64,000 nucleotides of DNA. Source: an uncultured Alphaproteobacteria bacterium. Its GTDB lineage: Bacteria; Pseudomonadota; Alphaproteobacteria; Rhizobiales; Xanthobacteraceae. The DNA lies in NCBI GenBank assembly GCA_963749625.1, contig CAVVNY010000011.1:28294-92293 (forward strand), written 5' to 3'. Every line of letters starts with the position of its first letter. The first letter of the stretch is position 1. The notes under the pieces were generated by a model, which was given only the letters and a program-made list of their open reading frames with translations, searched no databases and was not told the DNA's origin. This document shows, piece after piece, positions 39,523 through 49,813 of the stretch. The position numbers and the translations under genes are program-made.

Positions 39523-40908
39523 ATGAGCACACTCGACGCAGTCTTAAGTCGTATCGACCAGGATATCGACCAAAGCGTCGAGCGTTTGTTTGCATTGCTG
39601 CGCATCGCTTCGGTGTCGACCGACCCGGCGTACAAGGAACAATGCCGGGCCGCCGCCGAACACGTCGCCGCCGACCTGCGCAGCATCGGTTTTGCAACCG
39701 AGGTGCGGCCCACGGAGGGCCATCCGGTGGTGGTTGGTAAAACCAACGGCGTTGCCGGACCACGCGTGCTGTTCTACGGCCATTACGACGTGCAGCCGGT
39801 CGATCCGTTGAGCCAATGGAAGACCCCGCCGTTCGAGCCGCGCATCGAAACGCTGCCTGGCGGCCGAAAAATCATCGTGGCGCGCGGGGCTTGCGACGAC
39901 AAAGGCCAAGCCATGACCTTTATCGAGGCCTGCCGCGCCTTCAAGGCGGTCACCGGCAAGCTGCCGCTGCCGATCACCACCATGATCGAGGGCGAGGAGG
40001 AGTGCGGTTCCAAGAATCTGTTCAAATTCGTGAGCGATAACGCCGCCGAGTTCAAACTGGACCTGGCGCTGGTCTGCGATACCGCCATGTGGGACAGCCA
40101 GACCCCGGCGGTGACCACCTCGCTGCGCGGGCTGGTCTATGAGGACGTCAAGATCACCTGCGCCGACCGGGATTTGCACTCGGGCGTGTTCGGCGGTGCA
40201 GCGCAAAACCCGATCCGGCTTCTGGCCAAGATCCTCGGCGCGCTGTGGGACGACGGCGGCCGCGTCACCATCCCGGGCTTCTACGACGGCGTTGAGGACC
40301 TGCCGGCCGACATCAAGGCGGACCTTACGGCGCTCGACCTCACGGCGGAAAAGTTCCTCGGGCCGATCGGCCTGAAAACGCCGGCCGGCGAAAAAGGCCG
40401 CCTGCTGATCGAGCAGATCACCACGCGGCCGACTGCCGAGATCAACGGCATCATCGGTGGCTATACCGGCGAGGGCGCCAAGACCGTCATCCCCGGCCAA
40501 GCGTCCGCCAAAGTGTCGTTCCGCTTGGTTGGCAAGCAGGACCCCGAGAAAGTGCGCGACGGCTTCCGCGCCTTCGTGCGCGCGCGCCTGCCGGCCGACT
40601 GCCAGGTCGAGTTCGGCAATTTCGGTTTGGCTCCGCCACTGCAGCTCTCGTTCGACAATCCGGCGCTTAACAAGGCGCGCGCCGTGCTGGCCGAGGAATG
40701 GGGCCACAAGGCGGTGGCGGTCGGCGCCGGCGGCTCGATCCCGATCGTCGCCGATTTCAAGAGCGTGCTGGGCATGGATTCATTGCTGGTCGGCTTTGCG
40801 CTCGACGACGACCGCGTGCATTCGCCGAACGAGAAGTTCGACTTGCGCTGCTATCACAAGGGCATACGGAGCTGGGCGCGCATCTTGGCGGCGTTGGCCG
40901 AGGCATGA
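39523..40908 (+). CDS. M20 family dipeptidase/deacylase
   Basis: YGHYDVQP, ARGACDDKGQ, EGEEE, HSPNE; AAGGAG RBS. Confidence 0.93.
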   Translation: MSTLDAVLSRIDQDIDQSVERLFALLRIASVSTDPAYKEQCRAAAEHVAADLRSIGFATEVRPTEGHPVVVGKTNGVAGPRVLFYGHYDVQPVDPLSQWKTPPFEPRIETLPGGRKIIVARGACDDKGQAMTFIEACRAFKAVTGKLPLPITTMIEGEEECGSKNLFKFVSDNAAEFKLDLALVCDTAMWDSQTPAVTTSLRGLVYEDVKITCADRDLHSGVFGGAAQNPIRLLAKILGALWDDGGRVTIPGFYDGVEDLPADIKADLTALDLTAEKFLGPIGLKTPAGEKGRLLIEQITTRPTAEINGIIGGYTGEGAKTVIPGQASAKVSFRLVGKQDPEKVRDGFRAFVRARLPADCQVEFGNFGLAPPLQLSFDNPALNKARAVLAEEWGHKAVAVGAGGSIPIVADFKSVLGMDSLLVGFALDDDRVHSPNEKFDLRCYHKGIRSWARILAALAEA

Positions 40909-40991
40909 GGTCGCTTGCTGGCCTCGGCCCGCGGCCCTAAAATTGCTTACGACGATAAGCCCGGCGTAAGCGTCCATCGAGAGTTCGGATC

Positions 40992-41847
40992 ATGACCAGG
41001 CGGCTTGGCACAGTCTGGGTCGGTTGCGGTGTTGGCGCCGGCCTGATCGCGCTGAGCGCTGCCGCTATTTCCTCGTCAGCCCACGCCCAATCGGCCGATC
41101 TCGTGCTGTGCGACCGGGTCGCCGCCGAACCGAACGATCCGGACAAGCCGAAGGACGTCAGAGGGACGGCCACCATTGCTCCCTCCGATATCGCGACGGC
41201 GATAAAATTCTGCAAGATCGCGTCGGCCGGATCGCGCCGGGCGCTTTATGAACTCGGCCGCGCTTACGCGGCGAACCGGCAAATTCCCGAAGCGCTCGCC
41301 GCCTATCGCAAGGCGGCCGACAAAGGCAGCACGTCGGCAATGGTCGAGCTCGGCGTGATGTACGGCACCGGAACCGGCGTCGCCCGGGACCAGGCCGAGG
41401 CGCACAGAGCTGTTCGAACGCGCCGCCAAGGCCGGCAATGCGCGCGCCATCGCCAATCTCGCGGCGCTTTCCGGCGGCGGCACGCCATCGGATCCGGTCG
41501 AGGCCAGAGCCTTGCTGGCGAAGGCGGCGGAGGCCAATTCGCCGGAGGCGCAGTTTCAGCTCGGCGTCATGATGGCGGAGGGAACCGGCGGTCCGAAGGA
41601 CGACGTCAGCGCGCGCTCTCTGTTTGAGAAGGCGGCGGCGCAAGGCTATCCCGACGCCATGGTTTGGAGCGGCGCCTTTGCGCAGATCGGACGCGGTGGA
41701 CCGGAGGATAAAAGCGCCGCCAGGTCCTATTTCCAGAAGGCCGCGGCGCTCGGCAACGAAGAAGCCAAGCAGCGCCTGAAGGAAATCGATTGCCCCTACG
41801 TGCTCAAAAATAAAAACGGCAAAGTCTGGTCCAACCTTTGCTTCTAG
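40992..41847 (+). CDS. Secreted Sel1-repeat protein; +1 frameshift near 41407
   Basis: Signal peptide and Sel1 repeats spread over two track ORFs; the corrected junction reads LFERAAKAG. Confidence 0.82.
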
Positions 41848-41993
41848 CGGGCATCGGATTGAAGGCGCGCCGTGCCGGCGGGCTGCCGGACTCTTCGTGA
41901 CGCCCGACATTGCGCCTGTACCGGACCGGCAATCCGGTCTAGAGGGCTGGCTCGCTTCCGCACCCGCGACGGCCCGACCCATAAGACGAACGC

Positions 41994-43802
41994 ATGGCTC
42001 CTCCGCTTCTGCAACTCAAAGACATTGCCCTGACCTTTGGCGGCACGCCGCTGCTCACCGGCGCGGAGCTTTCCGTTTCCACCGGCGAGCGCGTGTCGCT
42101 GGTCGGGCGGAACGGCTCGGGCAAGTCGACGTTGCTTAAAATCGCCGCGCAACTGGTCGAGCCCGACCGCGGTTCGGTGTTCGTGCAGCCGGGCGCGCTC
42201 GTGCGCTATCTGCCGCAAGAGCCCGATTTCTCTGGCTTTGCCTCGACGCTCGCCTATGTCGAGGCCGGCCTCAAGCCGACCGACGATCCCTATATCGCGC
42301 GCCATCTCTTGGAGGAGCTCGGCCTCACCGGCGCGGAAAATCCGGCGCAATTGTCGGGCGGCGAGGGTCGCCGCGCTTCGCTTGCGCGCGTGCTGGCGCC
42401 GTCGCCCGATATTTTGCTGCTCGACGAGCCGACCAATCATCTCGACCTCACCACCATCGAGTGGCTGGAGCGCGATCTCGACGCCCGGCGCACCGCGCTG
42501 GTGATCATCAGCCACGACCGGCGCTTCCTCTCGACGCTGTCGCGCTCGACGGTCTGGCTCGACCGCGGCACGACGCGGCGGATCGAGCGCGGCTTTGCCC
42601 ATTTCGAGGAATGGCGCGACATGCTGCTGGCGGAGGAGGAGCGCGAGCAGCACAAGCTCGACCGCAAGATCGTCGCCGAAGAGCATTGGATGCGCTACGG
42701 CGTCACCGGGCGGCGCAAGCGCAACATGCGCCGGGTCGGTGAGTTACAGACGCTGCGGGAAGCGCGCCGCACCCACCGCGCCGCCGCTGGCGACGCCACC
42801 ATCACCGCGGGGGCCGCGGCGCCCTCCGGCGTGCTGGTGATCGAAGCGAAAGGCATCGGCAAAAGTTACGGCGGCCGCGCCATCGTCAGCGATTTTTCGA
42901 TCCGTATCCAGCGCGGCGACCGTATCGGCATCGTCGGACCCAATGGCAGCGGCAAGACCACGCTGATCGGCCTGCTGACCGGCGCTCTTGCCCCCGACAG
43001 CGGCACGATCCGGCTCGGCTCCAATCTGGCGGTCGCAACCCTCGATCAGCATCGCGACAGCCTCGACCCGCAAGTCACCGTCGCCGACGCGCTGACCGGC
43101 GGCAGCGGCGAAACCGTCATGGTCAACGGCGCGCCCAAACACGTCATCGGCTACATGAGGGACTTCCTGTTTTCGAGCGAACAGGCGCGCACGCCGCTCG
43201 GCAAGCTGTCGGGCGGCGAACGCGGCCGCCTGATGCTGGCGCAGGCGTTGGCCAAGCCCTCGAACCTATTGGTGCTCGACGAGCCGACCAACGATCTCGA
43301 CATGGAAACGCTCGACGTGCTCGAGGACATGCTCGGCGATTATCCCGGCACGGTGCTGCTGATCAGCCACGACCGCGATTTTCTCGACCGTCTGGTGAGC
43401 GGCGTCATCGTGCCGGAAGGCGAGGGGCGCTGGACCGAATATGCCGGCGGTTATAGCGACATGCTGGCGCAGCGCGGCGTCGATCTGACGCGCGAACGGC
43501 GGCAGCCTGCGGCGGAGAAGCCGGCCAAATCTGCCGGCGTGGCCGCGCCGCCTGCCGCCAAGCGGCGCATGACCTTCAAGGACAAGCACGCGCTCGAAAC
43601 GCTGCCGAAGACCATGGCCGGGCTGATCGCCAAAGCCGACGCGTTGCAGGCCAAGCTCGCCGATCCGCAATTCTATATGCGCGACCGCGCCGGGTTTGAG
43701 AAAGTCACCAGCGACCTGGGCGAAACCCAGCGCAAGCTCGCGGCAGCCGAGGAGCATTGGCTGGAGCTCGAAATCCTGCGCGAGGAACTCGCCGGCGAGT
43801 GA
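41994..43802 (+). CDS. uup: ABC-F family ATPase, Uup-like
   Basis: Two NBDs (GRNGSGKS, GPNGSGKT), LDEPTN twice, C-terminal coiled coil. Confidence 0.9.
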   Translation: MAPPLLQLKDIALTFGGTPLLTGAELSVSTGERVSLVGRNGSGKSTLLKIAAQLVEPDRGSVFVQPGALVRYLPQEPDFSGFASTLAYVEAGLKPTDDPYIARHLLEELGLTGAENPAQLSGGEGRRASLARVLAPSPDILLLDEPTNHLDLTTIEWLERDLDARRTALVIISHDRRFLSTLSRSTVWLDRGTTRRIERGFAHFEEWRDMLLAEEEREQHKLDRKIVAEEHWMRYGVTGRRKRNMRRVGELQTLREARRTHRAAAGDATITAGAAAPSGVLVIEAKGIGKSYGGRAIVSDFSIRIQRGDRIGIVGPNGSGKTTLIGLLTGALAPDSGTIRLGSNLAVATLDQHRDSLDPQVTVADALTGGSGETVMVNGAPKHVIGYMRDFLFSSEQARTPLGKLSGGERGRLMLAQALAKPSNLLVLDEPTNDLDMETLDVLEDMLGDYPGTVLLISHDRDFLDRLVSGVIVPEGEGRWTEYAGGYSDMLAQRGVDLTRERRQPAAEKPAKSAGVAAPPAAKRRMTFKDKHALETLPKTMAGLIAKADALQAKLADPQFYMRDRAGFEKVTSDLGETQRKLAAAEEHWLELEILREELAGE

Positions 43803-43806
43803 CGGC

Positions 43807-44295
43807 CTACTTCAGCTGATCGGCCACCTTGTCGAGGCCGGCCTGCGAGCAGACGTCGTCTTTGCCGGGCGAACCCGAGACGCCGACCGCGCCGATCACC
43901 TCGTTGCCGACCTTGATCGGCAGTCCGCCGCCGAGCGCCAACACGCGAGTATATTGCATCGCCGGCGCGTAACCGGGGTCGCTCTGCACGCGCTTGGCGA
44001 AATTAGCCGATGGCGAGCCATAGGTGCGCGCGGTATAGGCCTTGCGGTCGGCGCCCTCGGGCGTGTGCAGGCCGGCGCCGTCGCCGCGCAGCATGACGAT
44101 TTGCAAGCCGGCACGGTCCAGTACTGTCACCGATATCTTGTAGCCCATGCTCTGGCACTTCTCGGCCGCGGCATTGGCGATGGTCTGCGCCATCGCCAGC
44201 GAAACGTTCTTTTGCGTAAGGACCTGCGCGGAAGCCGGCGACGCTAGCGCGGCGGCAACGGCGAAACTGGCGAGAGCCTTCGACAGCGGCGACAT
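43807..44295 (-). CDS. Exported GlcG/HbpS-like heme-binding protein (DUF336)
   Basis: Signal peptide, RKAYTA, GGLPI..IGAVGVSG..DD. Confidence 0.85.
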   Translation of the reverse strand: MSPLSKALASFAVAAALASPASAQVLTQKNVSLAMAQTIANAAAEKCQSMGYKISVTVLDRAGLQIVMLRGDGAGLHTPEGADRKAYTARTYGSPSANFAKRVQSDPGYAPAMQYTRVLALGGGLPIKVGNEVIGAVGVSGSPGKDDVCSQAGLDKVADQLK

Positions 44296-44455
44296 GGGGT
44301 AACCTCCCTGGTTTTTTGCGAGACCGTACGGCCCCTGACCCGAGTATACCCCGGCGGCGCGATTTTATTCGGGCTTTCGCCGATGCGCTGGCGCATAAAC
44401 GGGCCGCCGGATGCCGGTTGAGGCATCACGCGGCACCAGCGCCTGCCGGTTTCGG

Positions 44456-44812
44456 CTAGTTCATGGTTGGCGGAAAGAGATCGGACTGATTGGCGCTAAG
44501 AAATTGCACGCCGACCTGCGTTTCGGAACGAAAGACCACCCGGCAATAGCGGCGTTTCGTCTTGTCTTTGGTGAGGGCGAGCCAAAATTTCTTTGGCAGA
44601 TCTGCAGTGGATGCCAATGTGATCCGGGCGCCGTCGTCGGAAAGGTCCACGACGGTGGCGTTGAGCGGCTGCGAGCCGTCCCCGATGTCGATCCAGGCCG
44701 GGATCTGAACTTGTACGCGTATGGACCGGCGCCGCTCGACGAAGTTCGACTTGAAGCGCGCGAATGCCTGAAATAAAGACACAGCCACCCCCCGGCGGAG
44801 CGGCAGTCGCAT
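44456..44812 (-). CDS. PilZ domain protein
   Basis: ERRRSIR (RxxxR) and DLSDDG (DxSxxG). Confidence 0.85.
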   Translation of the reverse strand: MRLPLRRGVAVSLFQAFARFKSNFVERRRSIRVQVQIPAWIDIGDGSQPLNATVVDLSDDGARITLASTADLPKKFWLALTKDKTKRRYCRVVFRSETQVGVQFLSANQSDLFPPTMN

Positions 44813-44856
44813 CAAGCGCGGCGGCCCCGGACATTGGCCAGCATAAGCGAGGCCAA

Positions 44857-44872
44857 TTACTGGCTTGTTAAC
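44857..44872. promoter_or_regulatory. Near-consensus CtrA box
   Basis: TTAC-N7-TTAAC, 45 bp upstream of the pilZ gene. Confidence 0.5.
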
Positions 44873-44926
44873 GCCAGCCGCCGGCCGAAAACCACGCGAA
44901 AATCTGGCCGTTTTTGAACAGGCGCC

Positions 44927-45688
44927 CTAGTTCTTCAGCCGGTAGCCGGTCTTGAAGATCCACCACACGATGGCAAGGAAAATGCCGAGAAACACCAGCG
45001 TCATGGCCAGGCTGATCGCCGGGCTCACGTCGGCGACCTCGAAGAAGCTCCAGCGGAAGCCGCTCACCAGATAGACCACCGGATTGAACAGCGCGATCTT
45101 CTGCCACAACGGCGGCAGTACGCTGATCGAATAGAAGGTGCCGCCGAGGAAGGTCAGCGGCGTGATGATCAGCAGCGGCACGATCTGCAGCTTCTCGAAG
45201 CCGTCCGCCCAGATGCCGATGATGAAGCCGAGCAGGCTGAAGGCGACCGAGGTCAGCACCATGAAGGTCATCATCCAGAACGGATGCGCGATGTGCAGCG
45301 GCACGAACAGCACCGAGGTCGCCAGGATGACGACGCCGAGGATGATCGACTTGGTCGCCGCCGCGCCGACGAAGCCGAGCGTGATTTCGAGGAAGGAGAC
45401 CGGCGCCGACAGCAGTTCGTAGATGGTGCCGATGAAACGCGGGAAGTAGATCCCGAACGAGGCGTTCATCACGCTCTGCGTTAGCAGCGTCAGCATGATC
45501 AGCCCCGGCACGATGAACGAGCCGTAGTTCACGCCGTCGATCTGCGAGATGCGCGAGCCGATCGCCGCGCCGAATACGACGAAATAGAGCGCGGTCGATA
45601 TGACCGGAGACACGATGCTTTGTGCCAGCGTGCGGCCGGTCCGCATCATCTCGGTCTGGTAGATCGCGGCAACGGCGCGAAGATTCAT
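44927..45688 (-). CDS. ABC-2 permease, YadH-like
   Basis: [22 protein letters not shown]. Confidence 0.9.
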   Translation of the reverse strand: MNLRAVAAIYQTEMMRTGRTLAQSIVSPVISTALYFVVFGAAIGSRISQIDGVNYGSFIVPGLIMLTLLTQSVMNASFGIYFPRFIGTIYELLSAPVSFLEITLGFVGAAATKSIILGVVILATSVLFVPLHIAHPFWMMTFMVLTSVAFSLLGFIIGIWADGFEKLQIVPLLIITPLTFLGGTFYSISVLPPLWQKIALFNPVVYLVSGFRWSFFEVADVSPAISLAMTLVFLGIFLAIVWWIFKTGYRLKN

Positions 45689-46620
45689 GGCGCGCTCCGC
45701 GGTTCGTTGACGAGGCCGACGAAGATCTCCTCGAGCGAGGACTGGTCGGTGTGCAGGTCGCGGATGCGCACGCCGGCTTTGCTCAGCTCGCCGAGCAGCG
45801 GAGCGACGCCGGTGCGTTCGGATCGCGTGTCGTAGTCGTAGATCAGCTCATAGCCAGCGCCGCCGATGGTGAGGTTGAAGGCGGAGAGGGCGGCGGGAAC
45901 GGCGTCGAGCCGATCCGTGACATGCAAGACAAGGCGTTTCTTGCCGAGCTTGCGCATCAGCTCGGCCTTGTTCTCGACCAGGATCATCTCGCCCTTGCTG
46001 ATGACGCCGACGCGGTCGGCCATCTCTTCGGCTTCTTCGATGTAGTGCGTGGTGAGGATGATGGTGACGCCCGCGGAGCGCAGCGTGCGCACCACGTCCC
46101 ACATGTCCTTGCGCAGTTCGACATCGACGCCGGCCGTCGGCTCGTCGAGGAACAGGATCGTCGGCTCGTGGCTCAGCGCCTTAGCGATCAGAACGCGCCG
46201 CTTCATGCCGCCTGAAAGTTCCACGATCTTGGCGTGACGCTTATCCCACAGCGACAGATCCTTGAGCACTTTTTCGAGATAGGCGGGGTTCTTCGGCTTG
46301 TTGAACAGCCCGCGCGACATCGTGATCGCCGCCCAGACGGTTTCGAACGGCGCCATCATGATCTCCTGCGGCACCAGCCCGATCATCGAGCGCGTCGCGC
46401 GGTACTCCTTGAGGATGTCGTGGCCTCCGACCGTGACCTTGCCGCCGGTCGGAACCAGGATGCCGCAGACGATGCCGATCAGCGTGGTTTTGCCGGCGCC
46501 GTTGGGGCCGAGCAGGGCGAAAATCTCGCCCTGTTTGATGTCAAGATTGATCTCCTTCAGCGCCCGGAACCCGGTCGCGTAGGTCTTCGACAGGTTGGTG
46601 ATGGAAATGATCGATGGCAT
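45685..46620 (-). CDS. ABC ATP-binding protein, YadG-like
   Basis: [29 protein letters not shown]. Confidence 0.92.
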   Translation of the reverse strand: MPSIISITNLSKTYATGFRALKEINLDIKQGEIFALLGPNGAGKTTLIGIVCGILVPTGGKVTVGGHDILKEYRATRSMIGLVPQEIMMAPFETVWAAITMSRGLFNKPKNPAYLEKVLKDLSLWDKRHAKIVELSGGMKRRVLIAKALSHEPTILFLDEPTAGVDVELRKDMWDVVRTLRSAGVTIILTTHYIEEAEEMADRVGVISKGEMILVENKAELMRKLGKKRLVLHVTDRLDAVPAALSAFNLTIGGAGYELIYDYDTRSERTGVAPLLGELSKAGVRIRDLHTDQSSLEEIFVGLVNEPRSAP

Positions 46621-46706
46621 GAATGGAATGATGGTTCCGGCGGGGCGCCATCGCATATAGGGGGCCGCGCGCGGCCGCGCCAGCCCGGCGATGACGAGTC
46701 AAGACT

Positions 46707-47363
46707 TTAGGCTAGCGCCGCCAGTTCGTTCAAATCCACCAGTTCCTGGCGCGGCGGAAAATCGAAATACTCGTCCGGCATCTTGCTGCGGTTGACCCAG
46801 AGGCCGCGGAAGCCGACCGAGACGCTGGCCATCACGTCCCAGCGGTTGGACGAGACGAAAGTCACGTCGGCCGGCTTGCACGCATAGTGATCGGTCACGA
46901 GCCGGTAGACCTCCGGTCGCGGCTTGAACATCTTCAACGCGTCGACCGACAGCACGGCGTCGAGATCGCCGCCGACGCCCGCGCCGTCAACGGCGCCTTT
47001 CAGCATGTTGGGCGAACCGTTCGACAATATGCCGGTCTTGTGGCCCTTCGATTTCAAGGTGCGCAAAGCCGCGCGCGCGTCGGGAAAGGCATCGAGCTTG
47101 AAATAGGCCTCGAGCAATCTTGGCCGCAGCGCCTTGTCGACGGACGGAAAGCGCGTCAGCGCAAAATCCAGCGCCCGTTCGGTCAGCGCCCAGAAATCGA
47201 CGTAGTGGCCGGCCAGCGTCAGCGTCCACGAATATTCGAGCTGCTTGGCGCGCCAGACTTCCGACATGCGGTCGGCCTCGGGGCCGGCCTCGGCGCGGAA
47301 GCGGGCGATGGCCGCATGCACATTGAATAGCGTGCCATAGGCGTCGAACACGAAAATGGCCAT
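46707..47363 (-). CDS. Haloacid dehalogenase type II
   Basis: FDAYGTL, SNG, FKP, SSNRWD. Confidence 0.9.
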   Translation of the reverse strand: MAIFVFDAYGTLFNVHAAIARFRAEAGPEADRMSEVWRAKQLEYSWTLTLAGHYVDFWALTERALDFALTRFPSVDKALRPRLLEAYFKLDAFPDARAALRTLKSKGHKTGILSNGSPNMLKGAVDGAGVGGDLDAVLSVDALKMFKPRPEVYRLVTDHYACKPADVTFVSSNRWDVMASVSVGFRGLWVNRSKMPDEYFDFPPRQELVDLNELAALA

Positions 47364-47458
47364 TGATTCCTCCCATCGGGAAATCGCATAAGATATTGCA
47401 GCGAGGCTGGCGTAGCATGCCGGCGCGGGTCAAGCCCGTATGACGGGAGGAGACGCGA

Positions 47459-48322
47459 ATGGCTGCAAGCCCGGCCCTGTCCGCGACCTGGACCTATATG
47501 GACGGCGATTGGCACGAGGGCAACGTGCTGATGTGGGGCGCGCGCACGCACGCGATCTGGCTCGGCTCTTCGGTGTTCGACGGCGCGCGCGTGTTCGAGG
47601 GCGTGGCGCCCGACCTCGATCTGCACTGCGCGCGCGTCAACGCCTCGGCCAAGACGATGTATCTCAAGCCCAATATGTCGGCCGAAGAGATCGCCGGCTT
47701 GACGCGCGACGGCATGAAGAAATTTCCCAGGGACACGATGCTTTATGTGCGGCCGATGTATTGGGCCGAGCGCGCCGGTCCGGCCGCGCTGCCGCCCGAT
47801 CCCGACTCCACGCGTTTCGCGCTCACGTTGTACGATTCGCCGATGCGCAAGCCGGACGGCTTCTCGATCACGCTGTCGCCGTTCCGCCGCCCGACCTGGG
47901 AGACCGCGCCGGTCGACGCCAAGGCCGGCTGCCTCTATCCGAACAATGCGCGCGCGCTGTTCGAGGCGAAATCGCGCGGCTTCGACAACGCCATCGTCTG
48001 CGACGTCGCCGGCAATGTCGCCGAGCTCGCCAATTCCAACATCTTCATGGGCAAGGACGGCGTCTTGTTCACGCCGATCCCGAACGGCACCTTCCTCGCC
48101 GGCATCACCCGCATGCGCGTGATCGGCCTGTTGCGCGACGCCGGCATTACGGTGATCGAAAAAGTGCTGCGCTACGCCGATTTCGAAAACGCCGACGAGA
48201 TCTTCGCCACCGGCAACGCCTCCAAGGTGCTGCCGATCAACCGCATCGGCGAGCGCGCCTTGCAGCCCGGCCCGCTCTACCGCAAGGCGCGCGAGCTCTA
48301 CTGGGCCTACGCGCATTCGTGA
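47459..48322 (+). CDS. Branched-chain amino acid aminotransferase (class IV)
   Basis: SSVFDGAR, AKAGCLYPNN, NVAELANSN, FLAGITR. Confidence 0.92.
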   Translation: MAASPALSATWTYMDGDWHEGNVLMWGARTHAIWLGSSVFDGARVFEGVAPDLDLHCARVNASAKTMYLKPNMSAEEIAGLTRDGMKKFPRDTMLYVRPMYWAERAGPAALPPDPDSTRFALTLYDSPMRKPDGFSITLSPFRRPTWETAPVDAKAGCLYPNNARALFEAKSRGFDNAIVCDVAGNVAELANSNIFMGKDGVLFTPIPNGTFLAGITRMRVIGLLRDAGITVIEKVLRYADFENADEIFATGNASKVLPINRIGERALQPGPLYRKARELYWAYAHS

Positions 48323-48324
48323 CC

Positions 48325-48528
48325 ATGGCCGGCGAACCAGAACCCGAAGAGACCGAGCACGAGCGCCGCGTGACCAACCTGTTTTTGTTGGGCGCCGCGC
48401 TGGTCGTCGTGGTCGGCGGCGTTTGGCTGGTCAACGCCATGGTGGATGCGCGCAAGAGCGAGGAATGTTTCGAATCCGGCCGGCGCAATTGCAATCCGAT
48501 CGAGGCCCCGGTCCGGGAGAGGAACTGA
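48325..48528 (+). CDS. Small membrane protein
   Basis: MAGEPEPEE..one TM..ECFESGRRNC; 2 bp after the upstream stop. Confidence 0.65.
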   Translation: MAGEPEPEETEHERRVTNLFLLGAALVVVVGGVWLVNAMVDARKSEECFESGRRNCNPIEAPVRERN

Positions 48529-48534
48529 CCGGTA

Positions 48535-49563
48535 ATGGCATCCGTCTTCGTCTATGTGGGAAATGCCGAAAGCCAGGACGTCAGCGTACTGGCGCTGCAG
48601 CCGGACGGCGGTCTGACCCCGGTCGAGACCAGGCCTGTGCCGGGTCCTGCCGAGCCCGGCAGCACAACGCCGATGGCGGTCAGCCCGGACAAGCGTTTCC
48701 TCTATGTCGGCCTGCGCAACAAACCCTATAGCGCGGCGACTTTCGCCATCGATGCCAAAACCGGTAGGCTTGGTTTTGTCGGCAGCGGGCCGCTCGCCGA
48801 TGCCATGGCCTATATCGCCACCGACCGCAGCGGCAAATTTCTGCTCTGCGCCTCCTACGGCGGCGGCAAGATCGCGGTCCATCCGATCGGCGCCGATGGC
48901 GTCATCGGTGCGGCGCAGCAGGTGATCGCCGGCCAGCCGAATGCGCACGCGATCCTCGCCGATGCCGCCAACCACCACGTCCTGCACACGAGTTTGGGCG
49001 GTGACTACATCGCCCAGCATCAATTCGATGCCCGCACTGGAATGCTGACGCCGAACGACCCGCCCATGGTCCGCGTGCGCGCCAAAGCCGGTCCGCGTCA
49101 TTTCCGTTTTTCGCCGGATGAGCGTTTCGTCTATCTGCTCTGCGAACTCGACGGCTCGATCTACATCTTTCCCTATGACGCGGCGACCGGCCGGCTCGCG
49201 CAGGAAACCCAGATCGTCAGCGCGCTGCCGCAAGGCTTTGCCGGCAAGCCCTGGGCGGCTGACATCCACCTCACGCCGGACGGCAAATTCCTTTACGCCT
49301 CCGAGCGCACAACCAGCACGTTAGTGGCGTTCCGTACCGATCCGAAAACGGGCGTGCTAGCCGTGATCGATTCCTATCCGACCGAGCAACAGCCGCGCGG
49401 CTTCAGGATCGACCCTTCCGGCCGTTATTTGCTGACGGTCGGCCAATTGTCCAACAGCCTGACCAGTTATGCGATCGACGCTACAACCGGCAGGCTCGTC
49501 AAACTCGGGCAATATCCCGTGGGCAACAACCCGAACTGGGTCGAGATCGTAAGCTTTCCTTGA
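48535..49563 (+). CDS. Lactonase family beta-propeller (6-phosphogluconolactonase-like)
   Basis: AGPRH, AADIHLTPDG, PRGF, PNWV. Confidence 0.9.
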   Translation: MASVFVYVGNAESQDVSVLALQPDGGLTPVETRPVPGPAEPGSTTPMAVSPDKRFLYVGLRNKPYSAATFAIDAKTGRLGFVGSGPLADAMAYIATDRSGKFLLCASYGGGKIAVHPIGADGVIGAAQQVIAGQPNAHAILADAANHHVLHTSLGGDYIAQHQFDARTGMLTPNDPPMVRVRAKAGPRHFRFSPDERFVYLLCELDGSIYIFPYDAATGRLAQETQIVSALPQGFAGKPWAADIHLTPDGKFLYASERTTSTLVAFRTDPKTGVLAVIDSYPTEQQPRGFRIDPSGRYLLTVGQLSNSLTSYAIDATTGRLVKLGQYPVGNNPNWVEIVSFP

Positions 49564-49813
49564 CCACGAGACTTAATTCCGACGGCCGGCCGGCGGCTTT
49601 GGCCGGCCACCCCCGTTTTGGGAGCAAAACGATAATTTAAATGAAGCGGTATTTTAGTGAATAATTATCGCTACTTGCGACGAAGAATCTAAGACTATCC
49701 AACATTAATTCGATGGTATTTTCGATATTGCATCGTCCTGCGTATGGGCGATTTCGTTGCGCAAGAGGACGCGAACTCGAAGCCGTCGCGGCCAGCCGGC
49801 AGCGGAGGAGCTT

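Noticed and set aside
47440-48528. 362-aa ORF overlapping the aminotransferase
   Set aside because: Only its last 67 aa (from ATG 48325) look like protein; the rest is an alternate frame.
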